From Mobula hypostoma (lineage: Eukaryota), in the NCBI RefSeq assembly GCF_963921235.1, contig NC_086097.1:233866001-233930000 (forward strand): a stretch of 64,000 bases of DNA. Reading direction: 5' to 3'. A model generated the notes under the pieces. It did not search any database. It was not told the DNA's origin and worked only from the letters and a program-made list of their open reading frames with translations. The translations under genes were made by a program, and so were the position numbers. Each line of letters opens with the position of its first letter. Positions within the stretch are counted from its first letter, which is position 1. Below, piece by piece: positions 47,665-62,390 of the stretch.

Positions 47665-49540
47665 CAAACTTCAAAGTTCAAAGTAAATTTATTATCAATA
47701 TACATACAGTATATGTCACTATATGCAACCCTGAGGTTCATTTTTCTTGCCGGCATACTCAATAAATCCAATAACCATAATCGAATCAGTGAAAGACCAC
47801 ACACCCAACAGGGTGGACATCCAATGACCAGAAGACAGCAAACTATGCAAATACAAAAAGAAAGAAACAATAACAAATAAATAAACAATAAATATCGAGA
47901 ACCCGAGTTGAGGAGTTGTTGAAAGTGAGTCCTAGATTATGGGAACAGTCCAGTGATGAAGCAAGTGAAGTTGAGTGAAGTTATCTCCTCTGGTTCAAGA
48001 GCCTGACAGCTGAGGGGTAGTGACTGTTCCTGAACCTGGTGGTGTGAGTCCTGAGCTCCCGTATCTTCTTTCTGATGGAAGCGGAGGCATGACCTGGGTG
48101 GTGAGTGTCCCTGATGATGGATGCTGCTTTTCTGCAGCAATGCTTCATGCAGATGTGCTCAATGGTGAGGAGGGCTTTGCCCGAGATGGACAGGGCCATG
48201 CTCACTACCTTCAATTAATCATTTTGGATATGTGCAACCATGCTGGGATGTTGCTAACATTGAGTAAGAGGTTGTTGTTACGGCACCATTCAGCTAGATT
48301 TTTCAATCTCCCTCTTATATGCTGATCTGTCACCACCTGTGATTTGGCCAATGACGATGGTGACGTCAGCAAACTTGAATATGGCATTGGAGCTGTGCTT
48401 AGCCTCACAGTCATAAGGGTAAGGCAAGTAAAGCAGAGGGCTAAGCACACAGCCTTGTGGTGCACCTGTGTTAATGGTGATTGTGCAGAAGATATTGTTT
48501 CCAATCTGAACTGACTCATGTCTGCAAGTGAGGAAGTAGAGGATCTAATTACACAAGGGAGTATTGAGGCCAAGGTATTGAAGTCTTGAGGAGATGATAG
48601 TATTGAATGCCAAGCTGTAGCCAATAAAGAGCACCTTAACATATGCATCTTTGCTATCCAGAGGTTCCAGGGTTGTGTGAAGAGCCAATGAAATGGTATC
48701 TGCAGTGGACCTGTTGTATCGGAGGGCAAATTAAAATGGATCCAAATCACTTCTCGGGTAGGAGGTGATATGTTTCATCACCAGCCTGCCAATCACTTTA
48801 TCACTGCAGTTGCATGTGCTAGTGGATGATAGTCTTTGAGGCAGGTTATCACATTTTTATAGGCATTGGTATAATTGAAGTAGGTGGATACCTTACACTG
48901 TAAAAGTGAAAAGTTGAAGATCTTAGCAAACACTCCAGCCAGATGATCAGCACAAATCTTTAGTACTTGGCCAGATACTTTCTGTGGGTTCATCCTCCTG
49001 AAGGACACTCTCATGTCAGCCTCAGAGACTGAAATCACAGGGTCATCAGAGGCTGTGGGAGTTTGTGATAGTTTCTCCATGCTTTGATGCTCAAAGTGAG
49101 TACAGAAGACATTGAGCTCATCTGGAAGTGAAGCCCTGTTGTCATTTATGTCATTTGATTTCACTCTGTAAGAGGTGGTAGCATTTCAAGCCCTGCTACA
49201 GCTGTCAAGCATACTCCATTGATTCAAGTTTAGTCCGGAATTGCCAGTTCAGCCATGAGATGGCTTTCTGAAGGTCTTAACTGGATATCTTATAAATTCC
49301 TGGATAGCCAGACTTGAATGCCTCAGATCTGTCCCCTCAGCAGATTTCTGATCTCATGGTTCATCTGGAGCTTCTGGTTAGGGAAGATGCTGTATGATTT
49401 TGTGCAGACACACTCATCTACGACTGTTCATATAAAGTCTGTGACAACAGTGATGTATTCATTCAGATCCACAGATGAGTCCGTGAACATGGCCCAGTCC
49501 CCTGACTCAAAACAATCCCACAGCTGCTCTTGTGACCACC
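47665..49540 (-). mobile_element. Rex1/Babar LINE, decayed
   Basis: ASLPDELNVF, LAEWCRNNNLLLNVS, TTRFRNSHYPSAVRLLN; (ctttgaa) tail. Confidence 0.88.
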
Positions 49541-51029
49541 TTTCTGTTGAAGAAATGGCAGATGGAATTTTCATGTCAGGGAATAGACGGATATAAACCA
49601 AGTGCAGACAGATGGGTCTAGTTATGTCGGCACAGACATGGTGGAATGAAGGGCCTGATCTGTGCTATGCTGTTCTTCATTGGACTTCTTGTGTGATAAA
49701 GATAAATTTGTGGTGTCGCAATCTAACTCATCATGGTCCTTTCACCCTGTTTGTCTCCCTGCTTTGCATTCTCTCTAGCTGTCACATTATTTTCTCCATT
49801 CCATTTTTGGTTTTCAATTTGTTTGGAATTATCTAGTCTGGATGGTATGCAAAGCAATTTTTTTCACTGAGTTTCAATATATCTGACAATAATAACCCAT
49901 TTAGCAGTTAAAGGCTGGTTATCTCGACAGATGCCGTCTGACTTGCTGAAGGTCTCAAGCATTTTCTAGTCCTGTTTCCAAATTCCAACAGCTGATTTTT
50001 TTTTTGAGAAAAACACTTGGTAGATTTCAAGATTTGGCCAATTCCAAATGATGTTAAGATGTTATCCACTTTACCCAGATCTTTCTTAAATCTGATGAAA
50101 TAGCCAAGGGGAGGCAATATTGACTCCATCCTTCCCTCACTATAATACCTTGTACAAAGGAACTCTCATCAAAGATCTATTCTTATTACCCTTGAAAAGT
50201 ATCAGTGAAATTTATGCAAATTGAGATCTGGGTTAAATCCCTTTGGGTCTTTGAAATGTCTCAACCCCATCCGCCACCAAAGCAATCAGTTTAAATGAGA
50301 AGAATATTTTTTGTTGCTGAAAAATATCTCATGTTAGTGTCAAGTATTGAAGGATACTTGGCTGAGTTGAATCACAAAGGAATGGAATGAGTGATGCTCA
50401 TGGAAGTATTTACTAACCCCTAGGCCTTGAGATTGGCCATTTAACTGGTTTTGAACATGAGGGCTTCAACCTAGAGCATTGGGTGTTTGAGGTTAAGCTT
50501 TGCCTTCCTTGTACTGCCAATGATAACTGGACTAGTTAGTTCACGCAGCGCATGTTGAGACAGCAATGTTCTAGACACAGAAGCAAGGTTAATAATCAGC
50601 TGCTGACATGTGATAACAAAGAGTTTGATTGATGGCCTATGCTGGGAAATAACTCGGAATGAAAATAAAATAGCTGCTGCAGCTGTTCACTAAAGAACTA
50701 AGCCAGCCAATATTTAGGCCTTTAGAGAAGTTAAATATTCTCTGTCACACTAACTGATTACTTTGTGAATAATTCCTTTAGGAAAACAGAAGGCTGATGC
50801 ATTGTCAGCATTGTGCGAGTGCTTATAAATCAATAAAAAGAGTATTAAGAATATAAAACTAAATAATTTATTGCTTACAAATGGTTCAGTATAGGCCGTT
50901 ATAAAATCTGTGCTGTTGGATATTTTAGTGGTCAAAATTGTGATTTGTAAAGGCTTTAAATAACTATGCTTCACTTTTGATCTGATTTGGAAGTTCAGGC
51001 CTGAACTCAAAACGCGGTTTGTCAATTCT

Positions 51030-51288
51030 GGGGCGGCACAACAGTGTAGCGGCTAATACAACGCTATGACAGTGCCAGTGACCCGGGATCATTTCAGCCA
51101 CTGTCTGTAAGGAGCTCATCTGTTCTCCCTGTGACCCTGTGGGTTTCCTCCAGATGCTCCGGTTTTTTCCCCATATTTCAAAGACTTATAGGCTAGGAGG
51201 CTAATTGTTCACGTAGATACAATTGGTTGGTATGAGCTCATTGGGCCAGAAGGGCCTATTACCATGCTGTATTACTAAACAAAATAAA
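51030..51288 (+). mobile_element. tRNA-derived SINE (V-SINE-like)
   Basis: ggggcggcac... head and core gtgggtttcctccagatgctccggttttttcccca. Confidence 0.75.
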
Positions 51289-51387
51289 GCCATATTTAAA
51301 ACTCTATCTCCTGCCCATATAAAATCTTTTTACAAATAAATTCCTCTTTGATCTGAGTGCAAGAAGTATATCCATTTTCAAACTTAC

Positions 51388-51430
51388 CATGGCTTTTGTT
51401 TTTCAGGGAACATGTTTATTAGTTCATCAT
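51388..51430 (-). other. Candidate 43-nt exon
   Basis: cttttctttcaaag acceptor and ATG|GTAAGT donor; reads (D)DELINMFPEKQKP(W/C). Confidence 0.35.
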
Positions 51431-51959
51431 CTTTGAAAGAAAAGCACAAAGATTTTTTTTTAATCCTAGCATAATGGTTTTTGTTTCCATTTTTCAGAAT
51501 GTGGGCATCACTAGCAAATTCAGAAGTCAATGCTGAAGTTTATCTATAGAGGTAGATATTGAGGAGGAAACAGTGGCGGTAGGATGACAAGTTTGGAGGT
51601 AATTCTAAAGCTTAGGTCTTGCCAGCTGAAGACTCATTCACCAGTTGAGTAATAATGATTGGGACTGAATGAGAAGTGGATCAATATTTAGGAAGATTTG
51701 TAGTGCTTGAGGAGACTACAGATCGATTCTGAAAACAGCTTTGAAAAGAAGATGATGTTTAACTGGGAGCTGGTGTAAGTCATTGTTGAGAGGTTTGAAT
51801 GAGACAGTACGAGCTGTATCTTGGAGTGTAGGATTTTGGTTAACCTCAGGTTTACAGTGAACCCAACCACGAGGTGGTGGAATAGCTAAGTGGAGATAGT
51901 GGAGAGGACAACTGTAGCAGATGACACAATTACAATGGTAGAAATACTGATTATAGTTC

Positions 51960-53035
51960 AGTGCACTCAAAATGCTGGAGGAACTCAACAGATCAGGCAG
52001 CATCTATGGAGATAGGCAGGGCTGAGACCTTTCTTCAGGACAGGAAAGGAAGGGGGAAGATGCCAGCATAAAGTGGTGGGGGGAGGGGAAGGAAGTTAGC
52101 TAGAAGGTGATAGGTGAAGTCAGGTAAAGGGCTGGAGAGGAAGGAATCTAATAGGAGAGAAGAGCGGACCGTAGGAGAAAGGGAAGTAGGAGGAACACCA
52201 GGGACAGGTGAGAAGAGGTAAAAAGCCAGTGTGGGGAGTAGAGGAAGAGGGGAGAGGGAAGGAATGTTTTTATTACCAGATGGAGAAATCGATACTTCTG
52301 TCATCAGGTTGGGTGCTACCCAGATGGAATATAAGGTGTTTCTCTTCTACTCTGAGGGTGGCCTCATTGTGACACAAGAGGATGCCATGGACTGACATGC
52401 CAGAAGTGGAATTGGAGTCAAAGTTAAAATGTTTGGCCACCTGGAAGTTCTGCTTTTGGCGGATGGAGTAGAGGTGTTTGACGAAGCGTCCCTCCAGTTA
52501 CGATGGGTCTCACCAATGTAGAGGAGGCTGCATCCGGAGCACCGAACACAAAAGCCAACCCCAGCAGATTCGCAGGTGAAGTGTTGCCTCACCTGGAAGG
52601 ACTGTTTGGGCCCTGAATAGAGGTGAAGGAGAAGGTGAATACTCTCCAATTTGGCTGCTTGCAGAGCTAAGTGATTGGAGGGAGAAACAAATAAAGAAAG
52701 GAATCATGGAGGGAGCAATCCCTGCAGAAACTGGAGAGTAGAGAGGAGGTAGGATCCCTTTGGAGATGGTAGAAGTTGTGGAGAATGATATGTTGGATGT
52801 GGACACTGATGGGGTGGGAGACAATGACAAGAGGTACTCTATCACTGTTAAGGCGAAGGGAAAATGGGATGAATGAGGATGTCCAGGAAATAGAAGAGGT
52901 GCAGGTAAGGGCAGCATCAATGGTGGAGGAAGCAAAACCCCATACTGTGAAGAAGAACGACATCTCTGATGTCTTGAAAAGGAAAGCCTCATCCTGGAAA
53001 CAGCTGCAGTCGAGACAAAGGCTTGGAAAATGGAA
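51960..53035 (-). mobile_element. Penelope-like element remnant (RT C-terminal region, GIY-YIG endonuclease, terminal repeat)
   Basis: DRVPLV..HP and GPKQSFQVRQHFTCESAGVGFCVRCSGCSLLYIGET; pyrimidine-rich 3' region; terminal repeat with an eroded hammerhead (CTGAAGAAAGGTCTCAGCCC). Confidence 0.88.
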
Positions 53036-53624
53036 TGTACTACATAGCCAATGAAAAGGCAGTGTAACTGGAGCCCATGTGGATGCCCATAGCTAATTCC
53101 AGTGACATTTCTGCATGGTCCCCTGTGTCAGACATGGCATTGAGGTTGTAAATATTCTCATAAGATTTCAAACAGTTGTCAGGAGATGAATGGAGATAGT
53201 GTCCAGCCAACAGAGTTTCTGGCATGGTCTGAAAATAATGCTCATCTTAGCGGGAACTTTTATACTTCCAATACCGGATATCTGATCCCTTCTTGACCTC
53301 TTATTCTCAGTTCAGTTTTGCTTCTTGCAATTCTTTACTGTTATTTGACTTTAGAGAAACTTATTAATCGGGCATAGTGATTAAAAAATACAATATACTT
53401 TTGTTCCTTTAAAAAATGGGGGAACCATGATGGTTTTATGTGAGATCTTGAAAGATTGAAGATTAGTTTTATTTGTACATCAAAGCATTGAAATATACAG
53501 TGGACTATTCCAGAGAGTTAGGTTTAAGGTCTATTAGAACTTCGGTTAACTGGGCTCCAGCATGTCTTAGCACATTCAGGTTAGTAAGTTATGAGCACGC
53601 CATTTTTCATTGTTATTGTCAAAC

Positions 53625-53775
53625 CAAATCAGAATCAGGTCTATTATCACTAGCATTGTCATGAAATTTGTTAACTTAGCAGCAGTAGTACAATGAAATA
53701 CATAATATAGAAGGAAAAAAGGAATAAATAAACAAACAAACAAACAAATAAACAAATAAATAAATAGCAGTACAT
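53625..53775 (-). mobile_element. Rex1 3' UTR end
   Basis: Homologous to 800-920 and 36833-36920. Confidence 0.75.
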
Positions 53776-53789
53776 CAATGAAGATTGTG

Positions 53790-55649
<1,860 letters not shown>

Positions 55650-55650
<1 letters not shown>

Positions 55651-55805
55651 ATACTTGATACTTCTCTTTGGAATGTGGGAGGAAACTGGAGCACCTGGAG
55701 GAAACCCGTGCAGTCACAGGGAGAACGTACAAACTTCTTATAGACAGTGGTGGGAAATGAATCAATAATTGCCGGTGCTGTGAAGCCACTGTGCTCACTG
55801 CTATG
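55650..55805 (-). mobile_element. SINE fragment (V-SINE-like)
   Basis: tgtgggaggaaactggagcacctggaggaaaccc is the reverse complement of the SINE core. Confidence 0.75.
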
Positions 55806-56092
55806 AGATCCACTTTCCTCTTTGCTGGGCGGAATTAATGAAGCTCGTTTTCAATGCAGTTGATGGCATCATTCTGAGGATAGACTACATCATATCACAG
55901 TTATGAATAGATAAGAGGCCTTTCATGTGTCCATGTCCTTGGTATTGTTATACTTAACAGTACTAGTCCGATTTCCCTGAATTTAGACTGTAGCCCTCTA
56001 TGCCATGGTGATTCAAATGCTTGTTCAGCTGCTTCTTAAATGTTGTGGAGGTACCTTCCTTCATTATGTGGAGCATGCTTGAGATACCAATA

Positions 56093-57800
56093 TCAAGTCA
56101 AGTCTAGTCAAGTCAAGTCACTTTGTATTGTCATTTCGACCGTAACTGCTGGTACAGTACACAGTAGAAATGAGACAACATTTTTCAGGACTATGGTGCT
56201 ACATGAACAACACAAAAACTACAATGAACTATGTAAAAAAACAACACAAAACTACACTAGACTACAGACCTACTCAGGACTGCATAAAGTGCACAAAACA
56301 GTGTGGGCATTACAATAAATAATAACCAAGACAATAGGCACAATAGAGGGCAGTAGGTTGGTGTCAGTCCAGGCTCTGGGTATTGAGGAGTCTGATGACT
56401 TGGGGGAAGAAACTGTTACATAGTCCGGTCGTGAGAGCCCAAATACTTCGGTGCCTCTTGCCAGATGGCAGGAGGGAGAAGAGTTTGTACGGGGGGTGTG
56501 TGGGGTCCTTCATAATGCTGTTTGCTTTACAGATGCAGCGTGTGGTGTATGTGTCTCTAATGGCAGGAAGAGAGACCCCGATGATCTTCTCAGCTGACCT
56601 CACTATCCGCTGCAGGTTCTTGCGATCCGAGATGGTGCAATTTCCGAACCAGGCAGTGATGTAGCTGCTCAGGATGCCCTCAATACAACCTCTGTAGAAT
56701 GTGGTGAGGATGGGGGGTGGGAGATGGACTTTTCTCAGCCGTCGCAGAAAGTAGAGATGCTGCTGGGCTTTCTTTGCTATGGAGCTGATGTTGAGGGACC
56801 GTGAGATTCTCTGCCAGGTGAACACCAAGAAATTTGGTGTACTTAACTATCTCTCCGGAGGAGCCGTCGATGTTCAGCGGGAGAGTGATCGTTCCATGTC
56901 CTCCTGAAGTCAACAACCATCTCTTTTGTTTTGTTCACATTCAGAGACAGGTTGTTGATTCTGCACCAGTCCGTTAGCCGCAGCACTTCCTCTCTGTATG
57001 CTGACTCATCGTTCTTGCTGATGAGACCCACCACGGTCGTGTCATCGGCGAACTTGATGATGTGATTTGAGCTGTGTGTTACAGCACAGTCGTGGGTCAG
57101 CAGAGTGAACAGCAGTGGGCTGAGCACACAGCCCTGGGGGGCCCCCATGCTCAGTGTGATGATATTGGAGATGCTGCTCCTGATCCGGACTGACTGAGGT
57201 CTCCCAGTCAGGAAGTCTAGGATCCAGTTGCAGAGGGAGGTGTTCAGGCCCAGTAGGCTCAGCTTTCCAATCAGTTTCTGAGGAATGATTGTGTTGAACG
57301 CTGAACTGAAGTCTATGAACAGCATTTGAACATACGTGTCTTTTTTGTCCAGGTGGGTTAGGGCCAGTTGGAGGGTGATGGCAATGGCATCTTCTGTTAA
57401 ACGGTTGGGACAGTACACAAACTGCAGGGCGTCCAGTGAGGGGGGCAGCAGGGTCTTGATGTGCCTCATGACGAGCCTCTTGAAACACTTTATGATGATG
57501 GATGTGAGTGCGACAGGACGGTAGTCATTGAGGCAGGACACTGAAGACTTCTTTGGCATGGGGACGATGGTGGCGGCCTTGAAGCACGTAGGAATGATGG
57601 TGCTGCTCAGGGAGTTGTTGAAGATGTCAATGAGAATCTCAGCTAGCTGGGCTGCACATCCTCTAAGCACTCTGTTAGGAATATTGTCTGGTCCAGCAGC
57701 CTTCCGTGGGTTGACCCTGCACTGGGTTCTCCTCACATCGGCCACGGTAAGAACATCACCTGGTCGTTTGGAGGAGGGGTGGTCTTCCTCTCCGCCACAT
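56093..57800 (-). mobile_element. Relatively young 5'-truncated Rex1/Babar LINE
   Basis: 300-aa RT ORF plus C-terminal ORF 56364-56828 (NSFFPQVIRLLN); (CTTGA)n tail at 56093-56120. Confidence 0.93.
56843..57745 (-). CDS. Rex1 reverse transcriptase fragment (300 aa, frameshifted downstream)
   Basis: [41 protein letters not shown]. Confidence 0.7.
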   Translation of the reverse strand: MADVRRTQCRVNPRKAAGPDNIPNRVLRGCAAQLAEILIDIFNNSLSSTIIPTCFKAATIVPMPKKSSVSCLNDYRPVALTSIIIKCFKRLVMRHIKTLLPPSLDALQFVYCPNRLTEDAIAITLQLALTHLDKKDTYVQMLFIDFSSAFNTIIPQKLIGKLSLLGLNTSLCNWILDFLTGRPQSVRIRSSISNIITLSMGAPQGCVLSPLLFTLLTHDCAVTHSSNHIIKFADDTTVVGLISKNDESAYREEVLRLTDWCRINNLSLNVNKTKEMVVDFRRTWNDHSPAEHRRLLRRDS

Positions 57801-58409
57801 GTGAAATATTTCTTGCATAGGTTCCCTCTGAACCACCAAACTTTCTCTTTATACTTTAATAGACACCCTACTTTGTTAATGGCAGTACAAAGATGCAGTG
57901 ACTTCTCCAGCTTCCAATAATGGTGTTAGTTTTATATTCTTAGATAGTTTTTCAAAGTTTCTAGTCAAGGATTTCAGTCAACCAAAGCTCCTTGAATACA
58001 GTGTCTCTGAACTCTTAGACAAGATTATTTTTAATCCATTGGCAGCTGAGCCCAATGGACTAGAGATTCTCTGGAAATCAGACATGGTGACATTGACAGT
58101 CAAGGTCTTCCAATGATCATGATTGTTCTTAGCAAATTTTTCTGCAGAAGTGGTTTGATGTTGACTTCTTCTGGGCAGTGCCTTTACAAGATGGGTGATG
58201 TCAGCCATTATCAACACTCTTCAGAGATTGTTTGCTGGCATCAATGGTTGCATGACCAGGACTTGTGATATGCACCAGCTACTCACATGACCATCCTAAC
58301 TTTCCTACTAATGCCACAAAGAAAGACAAACTTGGTGTGGGGTCATTTCTGTATGGATATAAGCTGTTGCAGGTAAAAGATGAAAAAATAAAGACCAATA
58401 CTGTTCTTC

Positions 58410-58560
58410 CAAAGTTCAAAGTAAATTTATTGTCAAAGTACATAAACAGTATGTTACCACATACTATCCTGAGGTTCATTTTCTTTCAGGCATTCACAGT
58501 AGAACAAAGAAATACAATAGAATCAATGAAAATCTACACATAATCAAAGACTGACAGTTC
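58410..58560 (-). mobile_element. Rex1 3' UTR end
   Basis: caaagttcaaagtaaatttattgtcaaagtac, homologous to 47670-47760. Confidence 0.7.
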
Positions 58561-58568
58561 AATTATAC

Positions 58569-58731
58569 CACCCAGGCCTGTCATTCTGCTTTCTATATCT
58601 CTGCTTTCCTCCACCCGCTGAAATAATTCCATCAAAACTTTCTGTGCATCTTTCTGCAGGGATCTGTGCTGGAACTTCAGAAGGCTCCAAACAAACAAGA
58701 GAGGTAGATTATTTATGTTAAGCTGCTCCAC
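58569..58731 (-). other. Candidate exon of an unidentified gene
   Basis: ttcctgttgacag acceptor; open frame VEQLNINNLPLLFVWSLLKFQHRSLQKDAQKVLMELFQRVEESRDIESRMTGL; weak phase-1 donors. Confidence 0.3.
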
Positions 58732-59336
58732 CTGTCAACAGGAATTATTGTAGATATTATCAATGCATTTTGATTTCCTCATTAGATCAGCCATTTGCAC
58801 TTGTTTATCATCTCCATAGACTGTCACAAGCATAGCTGCCTACATACTTTAATTATCCTTTCCTCCAATATTTAAAGAAGGAATGTTTCCCACATCTGAA
58901 CAGATTGTAAAATGTCCACCCTGGTGTAATGTGTTTGTCCGGAGAACCACACTTACAGAAGCAGCAAATAACCGCACTTATTCAGAAGAATGAGGAGTGA
59001 CTTCACTGAAAACAATTGAATGGTGAAAGTCCTTGATAGAGTGGATATGGAGAGGATGTTTCCTATGATGGGAGAGTCCAAGACCAGTGGACAAATTCTC
59101 AGAATAGAGAGGCAGACTTTTAGAAGGGAGATGAGGAATTTCTTTAGCCAAAGAGTGGTGAATCTGTGGAATTCTTTGCCACAGGCAGGTCTGGAGGCCA
59201 AAAGTCTTTCTGCATATTTAAGGCAGAGGTTGATAGATTCTTAATTGGTCAGGTCATGAAGGGATACAGGGAGAAGGCAGGAGATTGGGGCTGAGAGGAA
59301 AATTGGATCAGCCACGATGAAATGGTGAACCAGACT

Positions 59337-60618
59337 CATAGAAACATAGAAACATAGAAAATAGGTGCAGGAGTAGGCCATTCGGCCCTTCGAGCCTGCA
59401 CCGCCATTTATTATGATCATGGCTGATCATCCAACTCAGAACCCAGCTTTCCCTCCATACCCCCTGACCCCTGTAGCCACAAGGGCCATATCTAACTCCC
59501 TCTTAAACATAGCCAATGAACTGGCCTCAACAGTTTGCTGTGGCAGAGAATTCCACAGATTCACCACTCTCTGTGTGAAGAAGTTTTTCCTAATCTTGGT
59601 CCTAAAAGGCTTCCCCTCTATCCTCAAACTGTGACCCCTCGTTCTGGAACTCCCCAACATCGGGAACAATCTTCCCGCATCTAGCCTGTCCAATCCCTTT
59701 AGGATCTTATACGTTTCAATCAGATCCCCCCTCAATCTTCTAAATTCCAACGAGTACAAGCCCAGTTCATCCAGTCTTTCTTCATATGAAAGTCCTGCCA
59801 TCCCAGGAATCAATCTGGTGAACCTTCTTTGTACTCCCGCTATGGCAAAGATGTCTTTCCTCAGATTAGGGGACCAAAACTGCACACAATACTCCAGGTG
59901 TGGTCTCACCAAGGCCTTGTACAACTGCAGTAGTACCTCCCTGCTCCTGTACTCGAATCCTCTCGCTATAAATGCCAGCATACCGTTCGCCTTTTTCACC
60001 GCCTGCTGTACCTGCATGCCCACTTGCAATGACTGGTGTATAATGACACCCAGGTCTCGTTGCACCTCCCCTTTTCCTAATCGGCCACCATTCAGATAAT
60101 AATCTGTTTTCCTATTTTTGCCACCAAAGTGGATAACTTCACATTTATCCACATTAAATTGCATCTGCCATGAGTTTGCCCACTCACTCAACCTATCCAA
60201 GTCACCCTGCATCCTCTTAGCATCCTCCTCACTGCTAACACTGCCACCCAGCTTCGTGTCATCCGCAAACTTGGAGATGCTGCATTTAATTCCCTCATCC
60301 AAGTCATTAATATATATTGTAAACAACTGGGGTCCCAGCACTGAGCCTTGCGGTACCCCACTAGTCACCGCCTGCCATTCTGAAAAGGTCCCGTTTATTC
60401 CCACTCTTTGCTTCCTGTCTGCTAACCAATTCTCCACCCACACCAATACCTTACCCCCAATACCGTGTGCTTTAAGTTTGCACACTAATCTCCGGTGTGG
60501 GACCTTGTCAAAAGCCTTTTGAAAATCCAAATATACCACATCCACTGGTCCTCCCCTATCCACTCTACTAGTTACATCCTCAAAACATTCTATGAGATTC
60601 GTCAGACATGATTTTCCT
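59337..60618 (-). mobile_element. Young 5'-truncated CR1-clade LINE
   Basis: Uninterrupted ORF2 C-terminal half and a (TTTCTATG)n tail. Confidence 0.93.
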
Positions 60619-60626
60619 TGGGCCAA
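59436..60626 (-). CDS. CR1 ORF2 C-terminal half (RT); no native start, first residues come from the flank
   Basis: 396-aa open frame: GKSCLTNL, YLDFQKAFD, GVPQGSVLGP, KFADD, LWNSLP. Confidence 0.7.
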   Translation of the reverse strand: MAQGKSCLTNLIECFEDVTSRVDRGGPVDVVYLDFQKAFDKVPHRRLVCKLKAHGIGGKVLVWVENWLADRKQRVGINGTFSEWQAVTSGVPQGSVLGPQLFTIYINDLDEGIKCSISKFADDTKLGGSVSSEEDAKRMQGDLDRLSEWANSWQMQFNVDKCEVIHFGGKNRKTDYYLNGGRLGKGEVQRDLGVIIHQSLQVGMQVQQAVKKANGMLAFIARGFEYRSREVLLQLYKALVRPHLEYCVQFWSPNLRKDIFAIAGVQRRFTRLIPGMAGLSYEERLDELGLYSLEFRRLRGDLIETYKILKGLDRLDAGRLFPMLGSSRTRGHSLRIEGKPFRTKIRKNFFTQRVVNLWNSLPQQTVEASSLAMFKRELDMALVATGVRGYGGKAGF

Positions 60627-60684
60627 ATGGCCTAATTCTGCTTCTATACCTTATGGTCTTATAAAATGGGTGACTTTAGATATG

Positions 60685-60884
60685 CAACACACATAAAAGG
60701 TGCTGGTGAACGTAGCAGGCCAGGCAGCATCTCTAGGAAGATATACAGTCGATGTTTCGGGCCGAGACCCTTTGTCAGGTCCAACTGAAAGAAGAGCTAG
60801 TAAGAGCTGGCCTGCTGCGTTCACCAGCAACTTTTATGTGTGTTGCTTGAAACTCCAGCATCTGCAGATTTCCTTGTGTTTGCA
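60685..60884. mobile_element. 200-bp PLE mini-element with inverted terminal repeats and a 12-bp TSD
   Basis: TSD actttagatatg at 60673-60684 and 60885-60896; ~40-bp arms at 60684-60723 and 60807-60846; hammerhead on the minus strand decayed to CTGACAA...GAAACATC. Confidence 0.85.
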
Positions 60885-61109
60885 ACTTTAGATATGATTT
60901 ATTTCAGGCCATTGTCATCAGGAAAACAGAAACAGTGGCTTATCCAATAGACTAAACATGCATAAATCAAAAGGAGCAAAAGTATAATGAAAATTAGTAA
61001 ACATCAGAAAACCATTTTTATAAGTGTGATCTATCAGCAGCACTGGCAGCAAGACAATTCTTCAAATATTTTTGGACACTTCTTCTCACCATGCAATTTG
61101 TATGTGAAA

Positions 61110-61188
61110 TAGGGGTGCTCAACCTGGGGTCCACAGACACCTTGGTTAATGGCAGGCTTCCATAGCATAAAATTGCTGGAAACCCCTG
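61110..61188. mobile_element. ~80-bp hAT/Charlie-like MITE remnant
   Basis: Termini taggggtgctcaac and gctggaaacccctg are imperfect inverted repeats; no clear TSD. Confidence 0.5.
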
Positions 61189-61440
61189 ATAGAAAACAAA
61201 ACGAATTGGTGCAGAAATAATGCTCCACATTCCTCTCCTGCAAGGTTTCAACAAATTAGCTGAAGTTATGGCTGTTCTGTGCATAACGGTAAACATTTTT
61301 TGTATGAATGTTGGATCATCAAATAAGCATCATTTACTGGACTAGGTTTTCAGTTCTGCACTGATTGTCAGAGTGTTGCAGAACCATCCTCAAGTAAACT
61401 TACACAAGCGGGGATCCAGCCACTGCACTACTAGCGGGTT

Positions 61441-61875
61441 CCAAGATTCAAGATTCAAGATTCAAAAAACTTTATTGTCATTCTAACCATACATCAGCTC
61501 TGCAGGGCAGAATGAGACAGCATTTCTCAGGGGCAGTGCAATCATAACATAACAAACGCAACACTAAATAATAAACATAACAATAAATAGTAAAACATAA
61601 CAGCCATATGTCAGTTAAAATCAAGTTATAAGTGTCCAGTGCAAGTTAAAAGCGTCCAGAGCACAGTCGGGTAGAGCAGCTATATAGCAGTCTGACTGCC
61701 TGTGGGAGGAAGCTGTTTAGTAGCCTTGTGGTTTTAGTTTTGATGCTCCTGTAATGTTTGCCTGATGGCAGAAGAACAAACAGTTCATGGAGAGTGTGTG
61801 AGGGGTCTTTAATGATGTACGTGTCTTCTGGAGGAATCGACTCTGAAAGAGGTCTTGGACAGAAGGTAGGGAGAA
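61441..61875 (-). mobile_element. Rex1 3' end
   Basis: ORF 61646-61888 (IIKDPSH, LPSGKHYRS, NSFLPQAVRLL); (TCTTGAA)3 tail. Confidence 0.85.
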
Positions 61876-61944
61876 GGTTTGCTCTCAAAACTTATCCAGA
61901 AATGCCAGAAGAAATCCTAATAATATAGAAACTAGTGCTTTTGT

Positions 61945-62390
61945 AGTTCAAGTGAAATTTAATTGTCATCCATCTATACACCTAAATGAAACATCGTTCC
62001 TCGAGGCCAAATGCAAAACACAGTATATACAGTGATACACAGCACAAAAAAGATATGATAGCACATACAGTCACAAAATAATATTAGCTCAAGTCCCTGA
62101 CTGGCATGGCCTGAAGATTCATGGTGCATAGGATATTGTCTTCAGCCACATTTCTGCAAGAACAAGCACGCAGCCGTTCTCATCTAGTGCTGGGTCAAGT
62201 GCAGATGAAGGCATATCATCTTATCTTCCCTGGAGCATACATTGGAGGACAGCATCGCTGGGAGAGCCACACCGCAGGGGCCAGCCCCCAGTCCATCACG
62301 GATTGCAGCAGATTCACCACGCTGCAGTCCCCCGCCACACCACCTCTGGCACCTCATCTCCCAGTTGGTTGTAACAGGTGACCCCTGTCG
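61945..62390 (-). mobile_element. Probable non-coding retroposon fragment with a Rex1-like 3' end
   Basis: Start resembles 26572-26690 (gttcaagt...attgtcat...aaatgaaac...gttcctc); no RT-like translation follows. Confidence 0.45.

Larger units (their letters stand above)
58990..60662 (+). mobile_element. CR1 3' end (58990-59336 and 60619-60662) split by an antisense CR1
   Basis: ORF 59020-59244 (FFSQRVVNLWNSLPQ); the 3' UTR resumes as tgggccaaatggcctaattctgc. Confidence 0.8.

Noticed and set aside
50149..50190. Additional 42-nt minus-strand exon candidate (GNKNRSLMRVPLYK)
   Set aside because: Weak donor, and its open frame is incompatible with the phase of the upstream 43-nt candidate.
58035..58059. 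Hairpin tccattgg...ccaatgga
   Set aside because: An 8-bp stem is expected by chance in 64 kb and has no supporting context.
59436..60626. Active or domesticated reverse transcriptase gene
   Set aside because: 5'-truncated within the RT, lacking the endonuclease and a native start; the open frame is explained by recent insertion.
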